A DNA stretch of 64,000 nt from a virus: the IMG/VR virus record IMGVR_UViG_3300027878_000003, positions 2,992 to 66,991 of that record; one strand, given 5' to 3'. Position numbers and translations under genes: made by a program. A model generated the notes under the pieces. The model did not search any database, was not told the origin of the DNA, and saw only the letters and a program-made list of their open reading frames with translations. Positions 40,686 through 50,640 of this stretch are shown here, one piece after another (within the stretch, counting starts at the first letter, position 1; each line of letters begins with the position of its first letter).

Positions 40686-40777
40686 GCATCAATATTTCCC
40701 AGAGCGATCGCCCCATTTGCAAATTCCTGATTTCTGCCAATCAGGGAACTCTACAAGAGAAATCATTGGCAAGGACT

Positions 40778-42769
40778 ATGACTGAAGAGTTTGGGGTGAT
40801 GCGTACAGACGGAGTGATAGAAAACCTGTCTACTGGGATGGGTGATCCAGCTTTTGACAAATCAGCGAATTACCAAGTCGTTCGGAACGATCGCCTCACC
40901 AAACTCGATCTAGAGAACTTGTTTGAGGGCGCTTGGATACCCCAGGTCTGCGTCACAGCCTACCCCAAGGAAGCCGTTCGCAAGTGGCTAGAAATCAAGA
41001 TGGGCGGCAAAACCTCAGACCGCACCAAAATCTCTGAGTTTGATAAGTACCAACAGAAGATTGGTGTTGCCGCCGCCTTTTCTAAGGCTGACACCTGGGC
41101 GCGGCTCTATGGCGGTGCGGCGATCATCATCATTGCTGAAGATGGACAACCTTTCGATCGCCCCTTAAAAATCTCTACTCTAAAAAGCATTCGCGGGCTA
41201 AAGGTTCTAGACCGCCATCGCATCCGCCCCGTGATTGAATACAGTCTGATGGTGGAAGACCCAGAGTTCTATGAACTCATCCTGCCAGGGCAGATTGACG
41301 ACAAGTTCAGGAAGATGTTAGGGCAGGAAGCTGGCACAGGCACCCGCGTCCACAAGAGTCGGGTTATTCGGTTTGATGGGGTAGAGATGCCGCCTGACAT
41401 CATGCTCAGAAATGAGGGCTGGGGCACCTCCATTCTCAACCTGCTGTTTGATACATTTTCTCGATTTGAAGGCACCGATGCCAGTGTCACAACGCTGGTA
41501 CAGGAATCCAGCCTCTTCGTCTATAAGATGAAGAACTTATCAGAAATGCTGGCAAAGGCAGATGAGAAGTCATTAGCTCAACTGCGGAACCGCCTCGCCG
41601 CATTCCGATCCTCAAAGAGCAACTTCAAAATGCTCGTTGCCGACGCAGAAAAAGAAGATGTCTCGATCGTCACGCGCAATTTTGCCGGACTGCCAGACAT
41701 CATGGACAGGCAACTCATCCGCATCGTCGGGGCGGCTCGCATCACCATGTCGGTGTTGTTTGGACAAGGACCCTCTGGGCTGGCAGCTCAGGGAGCTGGC
41801 GACACAGAAGCTAAAGTTTGGTCAAAGTTGGTGCAGCAACATCAGGTCGATGCCTACCAGGGCAAACTGCGATCGCCCGATGACGGTGGACTCTTTGACC
41901 TAATCTGGCAAGCCAAAGATAGCCCCACCAAAGGCAAGCTGCCAGAGGATTGGAGCTTTGATTGGATATCCCTGATTGAGGAAACCGAGGAAGAGCGAAT
42001 CGCCAAACGCCTCAGTCAGAGCCAGGTCGATCGCGCCTACTTTGATATGAAGGTAGTCTTGCCAGAAGAGATCAGGTCATCCCGATTTGAGGGAGCTGAA
42101 TACTCCACAGAGACAGTTCTAGATGCCAAGGCTTGGGCGAAGTCGCAAGAAGATCCGTTTGCTGAGCTGGGCGGTGAGGGGGGCGGTGAGGGGGGTGATC
42201 CCAATGCAGACCCCAATGCAGACCCCTACGCAGATCTAAATGAAGACCCCAATGCCACCGGAGAGGAAGATCCTTTTGCCGCACTATCAGAAGAAGAAGC
42301 CCCACTGGAAGAAGCCCCACCGGAAGAGGAGAAACGAACTGACTCTGGCGATCGCCTTGAACAAACCGATTGCGATTGCGACAAGGAGTCAAAATCCAAG
42401 AAGAAGAAGGCAGTCAAGGGTAGACCGCTAGAAGATGTGGAGCAAGATATCGATCGAGAAGAGACTGCTGGCGTATACGCCAGCAGTCGAAAAGATGCCA
42501 AGGATGGCAAGGCTGATCCGGTTGACCTACTTGTCGATCGCTCAATGGAGAGCGCTTCAGGTCATGTCGTCGGCTGGGTTGACCAGATCTACGATTGGTT
42601 GGAAGGGCATAGAACCGATGGTATGAGCCTGGAAGAGGTGGCTAATCGGTTGCCGGGATTATATGGGCAGCTAGACTCAGACGGGTTTGTGCAAAGCCTG
42701 GAAACTGGAATGCAGTTTGGTGATTTGATTGGTCGGGGAGAGGTCTTAACAGAGATCGAAGAGGATTAG
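40778..42769 (+). CDS. Portal protein (DUF1073-like) with acidic linker and extra C-terminal domain
   Basis: NLSTGMG..DKS, WARLYGGAAI, RVHKSRVIRFDG, GWGTS, LFGQGPSGL. Start MTEE preceded by an RBS and GGGAACTCTA (40744-40753). Confidence 0.88.
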   Translation: MTEEFGVMRTDGVIENLSTGMGDPAFDKSANYQVVRNDRLTKLDLENLFEGAWIPQVCVTAYPKEAVRKWLEIKMGGKTSDRTKISEFDKYQQKIGVAAAFSKADTWARLYGGAAIIIIAEDGQPFDRPLKISTLKSIRGLKVLDRHRIRPVIEYSLMVEDPEFYELILPGQIDDKFRKMLGQEAGTGTRVHKSRVIRFDGVEMPPDIMLRNEGWGTSILNLLFDTFSRFEGTDASVTTLVQESSLFVYKMKNLSEMLAKADEKSLAQLRNRLAAFRSSKSNFKMLVADAEKEDVSIVTRNFAGLPDIMDRQLIRIVGAARITMSVLFGQGPSGLAAQGAGDTEAKVWSKLVQQHQVDAYQGKLRSPDDGGLFDLIWQAKDSPTKGKLPEDWSFDWISLIEETEEERIAKRLSQSQVDRAYFDMKVVLPEEIRSSRFEGAEYSTETVLDAKAWAKSQEDPFAELGGEGGGEGGDPNADPNADPYADLNEDPNATGEEDPFAALSEEEAPLEEAPPEEEKRTDSGDRLEQTDCDCDKESKSKKKKAVKGRPLEDVEQDIDREETAGVYASSRKDAKDGKADPVDLLVDRSMESASGHVVGWVDQIYDWLEGHRTDGMSLEEVANRLPGLYGQLDSDGFVQSLETGMQFGDLIGRGEVLTEIEED

Positions 42770-42914
42770 CGATCGATTGAAAGTTTGCTCTTTACCCAAG
42801 GCACGAACCAAAGCCAGAAAAAAGACGCGACCACGAATCCCCAGATAGCGCCCCTAATGTAGGGGTAGACCATGATAGAGCGATCGCCGTAGATATCCCA
42901 ATCGGTAAAGAGTG

Positions 42915-43220
42915 TCATTGGCTGCGGCTATAGTAGAGGCGTTCAGTGAACTGTTCAGCGGCAATGATTTCCAAGAGGTAAGGCATGAGGCTTTTCTTGG
43001 TTAACACATCCACGTCGTTGGGCATCCAATGGTTGTAGCAAAGCATCTTATCTTCGTTCTCTAGAGGTTGTAGTCTCCCAACGCGCACGGGGTAATTGAC
43101 GCGATCGATGAGTGCCAGCCTGCCGCAGGGGGAGACTCCCCGAATGTATGTTGCAAAGTCGCTGACACCTGAATAATCTAGCCAAACTACGCGATCGCCT
43201 AACTCCATAGCCATAGTCAC
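42915..43220 (-). CDS. Hypothetical protein
   Basis: 101-aa ORF. Confidence 0.5.
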   Translation of the reverse strand: MTMAMELGDRVVWLDYSGVSDFATYIRGVSPCGRLALIDRVNYPVRVGRLQPLENEDKMLCYNHWMPNDVDVLTKKSLMPYLLEIIAAEQFTERLYYSRSQ

Positions 43221-43244
43221 CTCTACCTCTTCCCCTATTATCTA

Positions 43245-43880
43245 TTAGTCAACGCGGCTAGACCGCTCTACGAGTAGCGATTGGTCACTTTCGACGACGC
43301 TAAAATCTAATCCCATGCCGCCGCGAATATAACAGTAAGCTGCCGCGATAATGGCATCTCTAATACTGGTGTATGAATATGCCTCATCTTCTGACGAGAA
43401 GCAGAGGTCATATTGCCCGTCAACCGCTTCTTTGGTGGCTTTCAGGAAGCGATCGCTTCCTGAGCCAACGTTTCGCTCTACGCGGTAAACAGCGTACTCT
43501 GGAGCGATCGGGCGGCGAGGGAAGAATGCTATGGTCACCTTGTCCAGATGCGGCTCACTCTCGATATTAAATTCGTCCAGATGCGGCTCACTCTCGATAT
43601 TAAATTCCGAACTTTGGGGCATCATCGCTTGCCAAGCCCGCCGAATCCCAGCGCTGGTCATGTAGATGTGATTTTGGAGAAGCCACAGAACAGATAGCGC
43701 CCCCAACAAATAACTAATGAACACCAACAGAACGACCATGGTGTTCAGCATTATCCCGACGATCTGGATTAATGCCCAAGAGAATAAAATCATGGTGATT
43801 GTCAAAGCCCAAAGCCCGATCGTGTTGAGCCACTGACGTATCTCCTTCCTGTCCATCCTATCCATAGTTTTATTCCTCAT
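43245..43880 (-). CDS. Membrane protein with 33-bp internal duplication
   Basis: Two TM segments; EFNIESEPHLD twice. Confidence 0.6.
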   Translation of the reverse strand: MRNKTMDRMDRKEIRQWLNTIGLWALTITMILFSWALIQIVGIMLNTMVVLLVFISYLLGALSVLWLLQNHIYMTSAGIRRAWQAMMPQSSEFNIESEPHLDEFNIESEPHLDKVTIAFFPRRPIAPEYAVYRVERNVGSGSDRFLKATKEAVDGQYDLCFSSEDEAYSYTSIRDAIIAAAYCYIRGGMGLDFSVVESDQSLLVERSSRVD

Positions 43881-45259
43881 TACCCCTCAAACGTCTCCAT
43901 ACTCAGCTTTCCCTTTAAGAATCCCCAAGCCCAGATAGCTGGATAGACGTAATAGTTAGCGTCCAGCCATCCTTCTAGATGCAGATGAGGACCAGTGCCC
44001 CCATCCCCTGTTGTCGCAAAGCGATCGCCCACCGCATATTCACCAGGCTGACAATCCTGGAGATGCATCAACGCAAAGGATGCACGAGGGTTAGACTTCA
44101 GCGTAAAAACGGCGTACTTCCCCGCTCGCCCATAGTCGTTGGCACAAGCAACCGTTGCCGCAATGGGCGCAACCAGAGGTGTGCCCACGGGCGTACCAAT
44201 ATCAAACCCCTTGTGAGCGCGGCAAGGGGGCAGTGTTGGCTTTCCAGGATTACAGCCCGCGATCGCCAGTCCTGTTTCAGGGTTGCTTGTCCTAATTCTC
44301 AAAACATCAGTAACGGGGAAGCCCGCGATCGTATCCCCAACATGCATCGGCTGTAGGAGTGCAGCCGGAATTTTGGCTGATAGTTGTGGACTTGCAGCAT
44401 TACTTTGCAGCCCCAGAGCTGAGGCTGAGCCAGGGATGATCTGAGCCTGCTGTTGCTCTAACAGAACCAGGTAACGATGCCAGGTTCTGTCCAAGCTGAT
44501 CGCTTCCTGTCCACCGAAATCGGCTCCAATGCTAGAGCCATCCTCCTTGGGGAAAGATGCCCATTCAATTGCTGCTGCCCAGACAGCTTGATTAAACTCC
44601 CCTCGGTCGATCGCAATCAACCCAACCTGGGTAACTGAAACGGATTTCATCAAATGCTTATAGCCACCGACAAGCGCAAAGTTAGCAGTGGCTACCAAAT
44701 CTTGATTCAACGGTGCCGCCTCGCCGATCGCCTTCTTTGTGTTTGGGTCTTGGGTGTACAGCTTCCCACCTGCTGCCACCAGGCGAGCGATCACCGAGTC
44801 CCAGGTTGTCGGCAGAAATTGGTACGCTCCAAATGCCGAAGTCTTTGTCGTTCGCCCAATGCAATCATCCGCAAACTTGCCCGTTGCAATCCAAAAGCAT
44901 TGATCTGGGAATGTAACGAAATCACCTTTGTAGACGTTATGCCCATACCAAACCCGATAAGGGGAAACGCCTAACGAATTAGGATTTGTCCCCTCGTTTT
45001 GCTGGATTAACAAGAGCATTGCCCGCATTGCGATCGTGCGAGCAGCCGCAGGGTATTTAACAAGATAGGGCTTCGCTTTATCGTCAGTTGGCGCAGGCGC
45101 AGAGGCAGGCGCGGCAGCATACGCAGCCTCCAGAGCTGTTCGATCGCCCAACCATTGCCCAATCGCTGCTGTTTCTCTATATCGATCGCACCCAAACATA
45201 AGGGCACATGCACATACAGCGATCGCCATGAGGACAAATCGCCACCAATTATTCTTCAT
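43880..45259 (-). CDS. Exported lysozyme-like + M23 peptidase fusion
   Basis: Signal/lipobox-like N-terminus; EGT..Y..YG..AFGAYQFL..TW; HKGFD..HL..TGPHLH. Confidence 0.85.
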   Translation of the reverse strand: MKNNWWRFVLMAIAVCACALMFGCDRYRETAAIGQWLGDRTALEAAYAAAPASAPAPTDDKAKPYLVKYPAAARTIAMRAMLLLIQQNEGTNPNSLGVSPYRVWYGHNVYKGDFVTFPDQCFWIATGKFADDCIGRTTKTSAFGAYQFLPTTWDSVIARLVAAGGKLYTQDPNTKKAIGEAAPLNQDLVATANFALVGGYKHLMKSVSVTQVGLIAIDRGEFNQAVWAAAIEWASFPKEDGSSIGADFGGQEAISLDRTWHRYLVLLEQQQAQIIPGSASALGLQSNAASPQLSAKIPAALLQPMHVGDTIAGFPVTDVLRIRTSNPETGLAIAGCNPGKPTLPPCRAHKGFDIGTPVGTPLVAPIAATVACANDYGRAGKYAVFTLKSNPRASFALMHLQDCQPGEYAVGDRFATTGDGGTGPHLHLEGWLDANYYVYPAIWAWGFLKGKLSMETFEG

Positions 45260-47477
45260 GCTTGGGACCCCACACGCTAAAGGCTCCCTCGTAATGGGCG
45301 ATCGCCTCCAGCAGTTGAGGTTTTAGCCTTTGAGACGAACCCCTATACTGGTCACCAAAGACGCGAATCCCCAGCTCTGTCTCCGTTAGCTTCTTGATAG
45401 ATCCACCGTTTATCTCCTGAATTTTGTCTTTACGAACCTGAATAACTTTGTCGTAGATGCTCTCAAATTCAGGATCTACAGGGGCGATCGCTTCTGTGGG
45501 CGGCGGAGAGACGCTACGGCTTCTGGGAACAGGTTTGACCAGTGTGGCTGGAGCAACTGCTGGAAATGCTGCTGTTCTTTGGTTTGAGAATTGAGGGTTG
45601 GGGAGACTACCAAATAAATTGTCGATTGGAGCGCCTTCCCGACTCATCAGTTGTTCATGAACCTGATTGATGGTTCGCATCGGTCTTTCGCCGTAAGACT
45701 GCATCACTTGCTGACTCAGTGAGTCAATGAGCCAGTGTGGTGTAAACAAAATTTGAACCCGCATAGGTTCAGGATTGTCAGGGGTAATGATGTAGGAATC
45801 GCCCATTTCGCCTAGTTCAGTGCCAATTTTATGGGTCTTGCCTAGCGCCATCTCGGATGTAGATTCGCCCATAACTTTTAAGCAAACGCGATACCCGAAC
45901 TGCTCTCTCGTAGCAGAGTCATAAGGACCATAGCTATCAGCACTAGGGCGCTGCGTGCAGCCGAACAGATGCACGCCAAACTTACGCAACTCTTGAGAGA
46001 TTTGCCGCAGCCATTGTGTAAATTGCTTTTTCCGACCGCCAAACAAATCTTTAGTGCCGGAGGCTTCATCCAGTAAGACAACAATGTGTTCCAGTATCGG
46101 TAAGTAGGGGCGCGGCTTCCCCTTCCGAGAACTTGCCGATGACTGTCTCCATTTTTGGAACTCAGCAGAATGTCGCCAGCGATCGAAATCAGGATCGACC
46201 GCCTTGTTGTAGGCATCGATCGTCAGACTTTTGATCACTGCGCCAGAATTCATCTGTTGATCGCGCCAGGACAAATAATCCTCATAGGCAACGCGATTAT
46301 AGCTATCTAGATCGTTTGACCGAGCCACCAAAAATAAATCTTCCCGACGCTTGCATTCAATCTGCAAAAGCCCTGGAGTCGAATGAGGTTTGCTGTCGGA
46401 ACTATCCCCTTCTTCAATGTCTTCAACAAAACGTAGAACAGTAGAGATATCGGCACTTTTCGATAGCACTCCCAGGTCTTTCCAAAACCAAGGCAGGAAA
46501 GATTCTAGATGTTGTGCATTGACTTGCTGGATATCAATAATTACAAATTTGACGAACCAGGGCGATCGATGGCGAACAATCATGCCAACGACCAACGTGT
46601 TAATAAATGCCGTCTTACCTCCACCTGTCATGCCTGCTAATGACAGGTGACAGCCAGTAGGTTTGGAAAAATCGAATTCAACAGTTTCTCCTTCAGTATT
46701 AATTCCAATCCATGCGGTTAGAGGAGAGCCTGGGATTGGCTCAGACCCTTGCTTGATTAACGAGTCAAGTAAAACTGGCTCCCATGTAGGATTGGGAACT
46801 TCAATAGCGATATATCCCTCTCGTGGCACGATCGCCACCTTGCGATTGCCGCCAGACAGCCCCAGAACTTTGAAGTGTTCTGCTAGATCTTCAAAGCCCT
46901 TAGCCCCCCGAAAAATCGTAGTGCCGTTTACGTCAACCTGCTGCATTTTATAAACGGAGACACGAGGATTTCCCGTGGCAATGCCGACACAGCAAAATTT
47001 GTCAGGGCTAATGCCACGGCAGCGGCTTATGGCTTCAGCAAAGACATCACCACGTTCCTGTGGTGTTTTTGCCGCCAGCATCTTTGCCTGAAGGCTAATT
47101 GTTTTAACAATGGGAGCCGCCGAAGTAGAGGGCGTTTGGGTATTGGGAGTTTGAAGAACTGGGGTTTGGGGAGTCTTGGCTTGAGGAGCTTGAGAACCAA
47201 TCCAATGGTGATATTCGGGATTCTGAAGGTTCACCTCAACCTCTGTTATCGCCCTATCAATGGCAGTAGCCAGCACGTTCTTAGGAAAGTGCTGCGGATA
47301 TCCCTCTGATTGCAGCTTTTTAATGAATTGGGCGATCGCTTCTTTCTCACTTGTAGTCTGCTTTCTTGCCGTCAGAAAATGATCCGTCAACTCGGAGTGA
47401 AGGACAGCTAAAGCTGCTGACTCAACAGCGGGCGGCGGAGTAGGCATAGGACGGAAGCGACGGAATAAAGACAGCAT
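45249..47477 (-). CDS. FtsK/SpoIIIE-family DNA translocase
   Basis: IAIEVPN, HLSLAGMTGGGKT, VVLLDE, RKFGVHL..TQRP. Confidence 0.9.
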   Translation of the reverse strand: MLSLFRRFRPMPTPPPAVESAALAVLHSELTDHFLTARKQTTSEKEAIAQFIKKLQSEGYPQHFPKNVLATAIDRAITEVEVNLQNPEYHHWIGSQAPQAKTPQTPVLQTPNTQTPSTSAAPIVKTISLQAKMLAAKTPQERGDVFAEAISRCRGISPDKFCCVGIATGNPRVSVYKMQQVDVNGTTIFRGAKGFEDLAEHFKVLGLSGGNRKVAIVPREGYIAIEVPNPTWEPVLLDSLIKQGSEPIPGSPLTAWIGINTEGETVEFDFSKPTGCHLSLAGMTGGGKTAFINTLVVGMIVRHRSPWFVKFVIIDIQQVNAQHLESFLPWFWKDLGVLSKSADISTVLRFVEDIEEGDSSDSKPHSTPGLLQIECKRREDLFLVARSNDLDSYNRVAYEDYLSWRDQQMNSGAVIKSLTIDAYNKAVDPDFDRWRHSAEFQKWRQSSASSRKGKPRPYLPILEHIVVLLDEASGTKDLFGGRKKQFTQWLRQISQELRKFGVHLFGCTQRPSADSYGPYDSATREQFGYRVCLKVMGESTSEMALGKTHKIGTELGEMGDSYIITPDNPEPMRVQILFTPHWLIDSLSQQVMQSYGERPMRTINQVHEQLMSREGAPIDNLFGSLPNPQFSNQRTAAFPAVAPATLVKPVPRSRSVSPPPTEAIAPVDPEFESIYDKVIQVRKDKIQEINGGSIKKLTETELGIRVFGDQYRGSSQRLKPQLLEAIAHYEGAFSVWGPKHEE

Positions 47478-47488
47478 TGAACTGAGAA

Positions 47489-47902
47489 TTAGGGCTTTTT
47501 AGATAGGGAATGCAGCCACATGGCGATGTCCCAATAGAGCAAGCCGCCAGAAGCGGCGAAAAATATTTGAATCGCCATGCGTTTAAGCCAGGGCTTGCGC
47601 TTGAATTGGGCAAACAAAATCAACGCGATCGCCACCAGAAAAAGTGCGTTCAACACCGATCGCTCAATGTAAGGAGCACTAGGAAATGCCCCCCGAATCC
47701 ATGCGATGAAGAACATGGAGGGAACCGCACCAACCACAACAAATCCAAGGCTAAATAATGATTCTGATCTTTCTGGCGATCGCTCTTGCTCTTGCTCTGT
47801 CTCAAACTCGTTCTGAGGTATTGTTCTCCAGGCTGAGGAGGACGTGGGTATCGCTGGCTGGCTAGTCATCGGAAATAATCTCCAAAGGAAGTTGGATGGC
47901 AT
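47489..47902 (-). CDS. Three-TM membrane protein
   Basis: Hydrophobic segments; upstream of FtsK. Confidence 0.65.
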   Translation of the reverse strand: MPSNFLWRLFPMTSQPAIPTSSSAWRTIPQNEFETEQEQERSPERSESLFSLGFVVVGAVPSMFFIAWIRGAFPSAPYIERSVLNALFLVAIALILFAQFKRKPWLKRMAIQIFFAASGGLLYWDIAMWLHSLSKKP

Positions 47903-47970
47903 ACAGAACCCCGTATGCCAGAGGGAATGGTAGGAGGAGGAGGAGGATAGCGTTAATTTGTTTTCTTCTT

Positions 47971-48040
47971 CGTTAGTTTTTTCGTTAGTTTTTTCGTTAG
48001 TTTTTTCGTTAGTTTTTTCGGTAGTTTTTTCGGTAGTTTT
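47971..48040. repeat. 12-bp tandem repeat CG(T/G)TAGTTTTTT x6
   Basis: Read directly from the sequence. Confidence 0.9.
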
Positions 48041-48176
48041 GGCAAGACACCCAATTACTGGGCGGCGATCGCTTTATGCAGGGGACGAGTATTTAGCTAC
48101 ATCCAACTTGTCCGCATCGGGAAGAACCTAATCTTGGAAGTTTTAACCCCTAAGCCTTGCGCCTTGTGAACTGAAA

Positions 48177-48800
48177 CTATGGATCAACGGGAGCAACGGG
48201 AGCTGCTAACTCTCCTAAGCTGTCGTTGATGGATGCGGGCGGTGAAGCCTGCACCTTTGGAGATGCAGATGGTGAAGAGCCAGTTGTTTTTCCCTGTGGA
48301 GTCACAAAAGATGAAAATACACCTCGAAGCGACGACGGCGGTGGCAGGAAACTAATGGCGATCGCCAACAAGCTGCAAAACGACAAAAACTTAAATAATC
48401 CACCCCAAGAAGTCCTCCTTTTAGATATTGGGGGGGGCTGAAAGCCTGAAGCCATCTGAATAGATCGAGGGATAGCAATAGGATCAGGGGATACGGATGG
48501 AACTGGATGTGAGGTAACAGGGCTAGAAACACTAGCCACGGTCACGGCACTTGGCAGTAGCGCCTGGGAAGTCATCTCTATCTGAGCTTTGAACAAAAGC
48601 CCAAAAGCAAAAGGAGACGACGGATCAGAAATTAGCCCTAGCAGTTGGGGAGAAACTACATGCTGAGGAATCTGCTGATTTTGCTGAGCAATGGCGATCG
48701 CCTGCTGTTGACTTAGGGCGATCGCAGCATAGAGCCGCATCGCTGCCTGGGCTTCCCCCAGTGCCAGGTTGGTGTCTGCAATGTCTCTGTAATTAGGCAT
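48177..48800 (-). CDS. Membrane-anchored Pro/Ser-rich protein
   Basis: 207-aa ORF with one TM segment. Confidence 0.6.
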   Translation of the reverse strand: MPNYRDIADTNLALGEAQAAMRLYAAIALSQQQAIAIAQQNQQIPQHVVSPQLLGLISDPSSPFAFGLLFKAQIEMTSQALLPSAVTVASVSSPVTSHPVPSVSPDPIAIPRSIQMASGFQPPPISKRRTSWGGLFKFLSFCSLLAIAISFLPPPSSLRGVFSSFVTPQGKTTGSSPSASPKVQASPPASINDSLGELAAPVAPVDP

Positions 48801-48817
48801 GGCGTGAATAACAGAAT

Positions 48818-48900
48818 GAAAAGCACTTTAGAAAAGCACTTTTCTAAAGTGCTTTAGAGATGAAAAAGTGATTTGGAAAAGCACTTTTCAAAAGTGCTTT
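48818..48900. repeat. Cluster of six AAAGCACTTT-like boxes in direct and inverted orientation
   Basis: Read directly; intergenic. Confidence 0.8.
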
Positions 48901-48923
48901 ATCCGACTGTCTGCACCAAAGAA

Positions 48924-49568
48924 CTAGCGGTGCTGCTGGACTGAGGCATACCGATCGCCACCCCAAGCATCGTCATCACTACCGTCACTATCAAAACTCC
49001 CAACAATAGAAAGTCCTTCACCTGCTCCCGAAAAGATGTTGGGTGGGATTGTCGGGAGTTCTGGGTCGGGGGACTTGGATTGATTACCGCGATCGAGCGG
49101 TAGGACATTCGAGAACGGGCGTGGCATGGCTGGAGTTGCTGAACGGTGATTTTCATGAGTCTGTGATGGTGGTATTTCGGGGGTCTGTTCTGGCTCTGGA
49201 GCAATTTCGGCAGGGGCGATCGCTGGTATGTCTCTAGGGAATCCCGCGATCGCCCGTCTGTTGTAAACCTCAGATATGACATCTTCTAAAAAGGCGGATG
49301 CTGTTGAGTCAACAGCATCCTGATAGTCAGGAGCATTCAATCTCCATGCCGTTGATTGCCGTTTCCCTCGCCCGTACTTGGTTTCGATCGCCAAACCTGC
49401 ACCTGTCGCAGTGCCTACAACTATTGCCAGCGGATAGATCGCTGGTGGAAGCCGCTTAGGGCTAACCAACAGGGTGAAAAGTCCGCCAGCAATAGCCAGC
49501 GTCACACCTACCATCCCTCCCAGGAAGGCTTGACGACAAATGTTGATATCGGACGGGGGATAGTTCAT
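48924..49568 (-). CDS. Two-TM membrane protein
   Basis: Likely start MNYP, coupled to the upstream stop. Confidence 0.6.
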   Translation of the reverse strand: MNYPPSDINICRQAFLGGMVGVTLAIAGGLFTLLVSPKRLPPAIYPLAIVVGTATGAGLAIETKYGRGKRQSTAWRLNAPDYQDAVDSTASAFLEDVISEVYNRRAIAGFPRDIPAIAPAEIAPEPEQTPEIPPSQTHENHRSATPAMPRPFSNVLPLDRGNQSKSPDPELPTIPPNIFSGAGEGLSIVGSFDSDGSDDDAWGGDRYASVQQHR

Positions 49569-50272
49569 GTCACGTTCAGGGGGGGTTGTTGTAACTCTGG
49601 TGACTCTTGAAGTTGGGGCACTGAGGCTGCTGGGGCGATCGCCAGTTGTGTAGGCGCTGATGCCAGCTCTTGGAAATACTCTGGTGGTATTTCCACTTGA
49701 CTGAACACGAGCTGCTGGCAAGCATTTTCGCCTCCCAGGCAGTTTTCCCATGATAAAAAAGAGGACATCTGCTCTTCTACAGGAAGAGCTGCCCTTAGCG
49801 CGTTAAGCAGCGCTAATTCCTGATTGTTTCGAGGTTCAAGTGCTCCACTTAGGAGCTGAGGCAGCAGCTCTCTGCCACTTTGGAAAGCCAGCCTACTTTG
49901 AACTTCAAAAAGTAGTCCATTGGATTGCGATCGCGCCAGGTTTTGAAGCAAAGACTCCATTGTCTGGCTGGCTGTCAAATCAGCCCCAATCGTATGAGTG
50001 TCCGCCCTCACGGTCTGCTGGGGAACTTCATCCGCAGGGGCGTTTGGGGTAGGGGCTTGCGTTTCCTGGTAAGAGGCGATCGCCCTAGCAATCGAGGTTG
50101 TTTTCAAGTCCTTCATGATCCGCTTGATGACGGTGCAGAGTTGCTGCAACTCATTCATGGAGGCGTGGGCGATCGCCGCACCAATTTGCTGCACGTCAGC
50201 AGGCAAAAGCCCTGTAGTGTTAGCGATCGATTGATTGGTGAGCGGTGCGGTCTTGGATGTGTTATTGGGCAT
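49565..50272 (-). CDS. Hypothetical protein
   Basis: 235-aa ORF, coupled. Confidence 0.6.
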   Translation of the reverse strand: MPNNTSKTAPLTNQSIANTTGLLPADVQQIGAAIAHASMNELQQLCTVIKRIMKDLKTTSIARAIASYQETQAPTPNAPADEVPQQTVRADTHTIGADLTASQTMESLLQNLARSQSNGLLFEVQSRLAFQSGRELLPQLLSGALEPRNNQELALLNALRAALPVEEQMSSFLSWENCLGGENACQQLVFSQVEIPPEYFQELASAPTQLAIAPAASVPQLQESPELQQPPLNVT

Positions 50273-50640
50273 TAGAGTAGATCCTTTGCATTGATGGAGT
50301 AGATTCCCAGAAGCTCTAGGTGGGTATAGAAACTCTCAGTATCAACAGACTGATTAGTCCGTTGATACTGGGCTTTCAACCTGTTAAAGCTGACGTAACT
50401 GAAGTTCTTTCCAGGACGGGAACAGAACCTAACTCGGCAGTAAAGCTCGATAAAGTCTTCCTCATAGAGAATCTGCCCCTCAAAAAAACCCATAGCTTTT
50501 CGATGCTGGTTTTTTGTTGGTCGGGAGATGCCAAGCCTAGTTGCCGCATCTTCCCAAGTCATGGGGAAAACATTGGCATTAACAGCAACGGCAACGGCTG
50601 TCCTACTGGGCGCATCACAGACTTGGGTGATTGTTCTCAT
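50272..50640 (-). CDS. HTH-like hypothetical protein
   Basis: MTWEDAATRLGISRPT. Confidence 0.6.
   Translation of the reverse strand: MRTITQVCDAPSRTAVAVAVNANVFPMTWEDAATRLGISRPTKNQHRKAMGFFEGQILYEEDFIELYCRVRFCSRPGKNFSYVSFNRLKAQYQRTNQSVDTESFYTHLELLGIYSINAKDLL

Noticed and set aside
40535-40777. N-terminal extension of the portal ORF
   Set aside because: Overlaps an opposite-strand gene; RBS and promoter motif favour the start at 40778.
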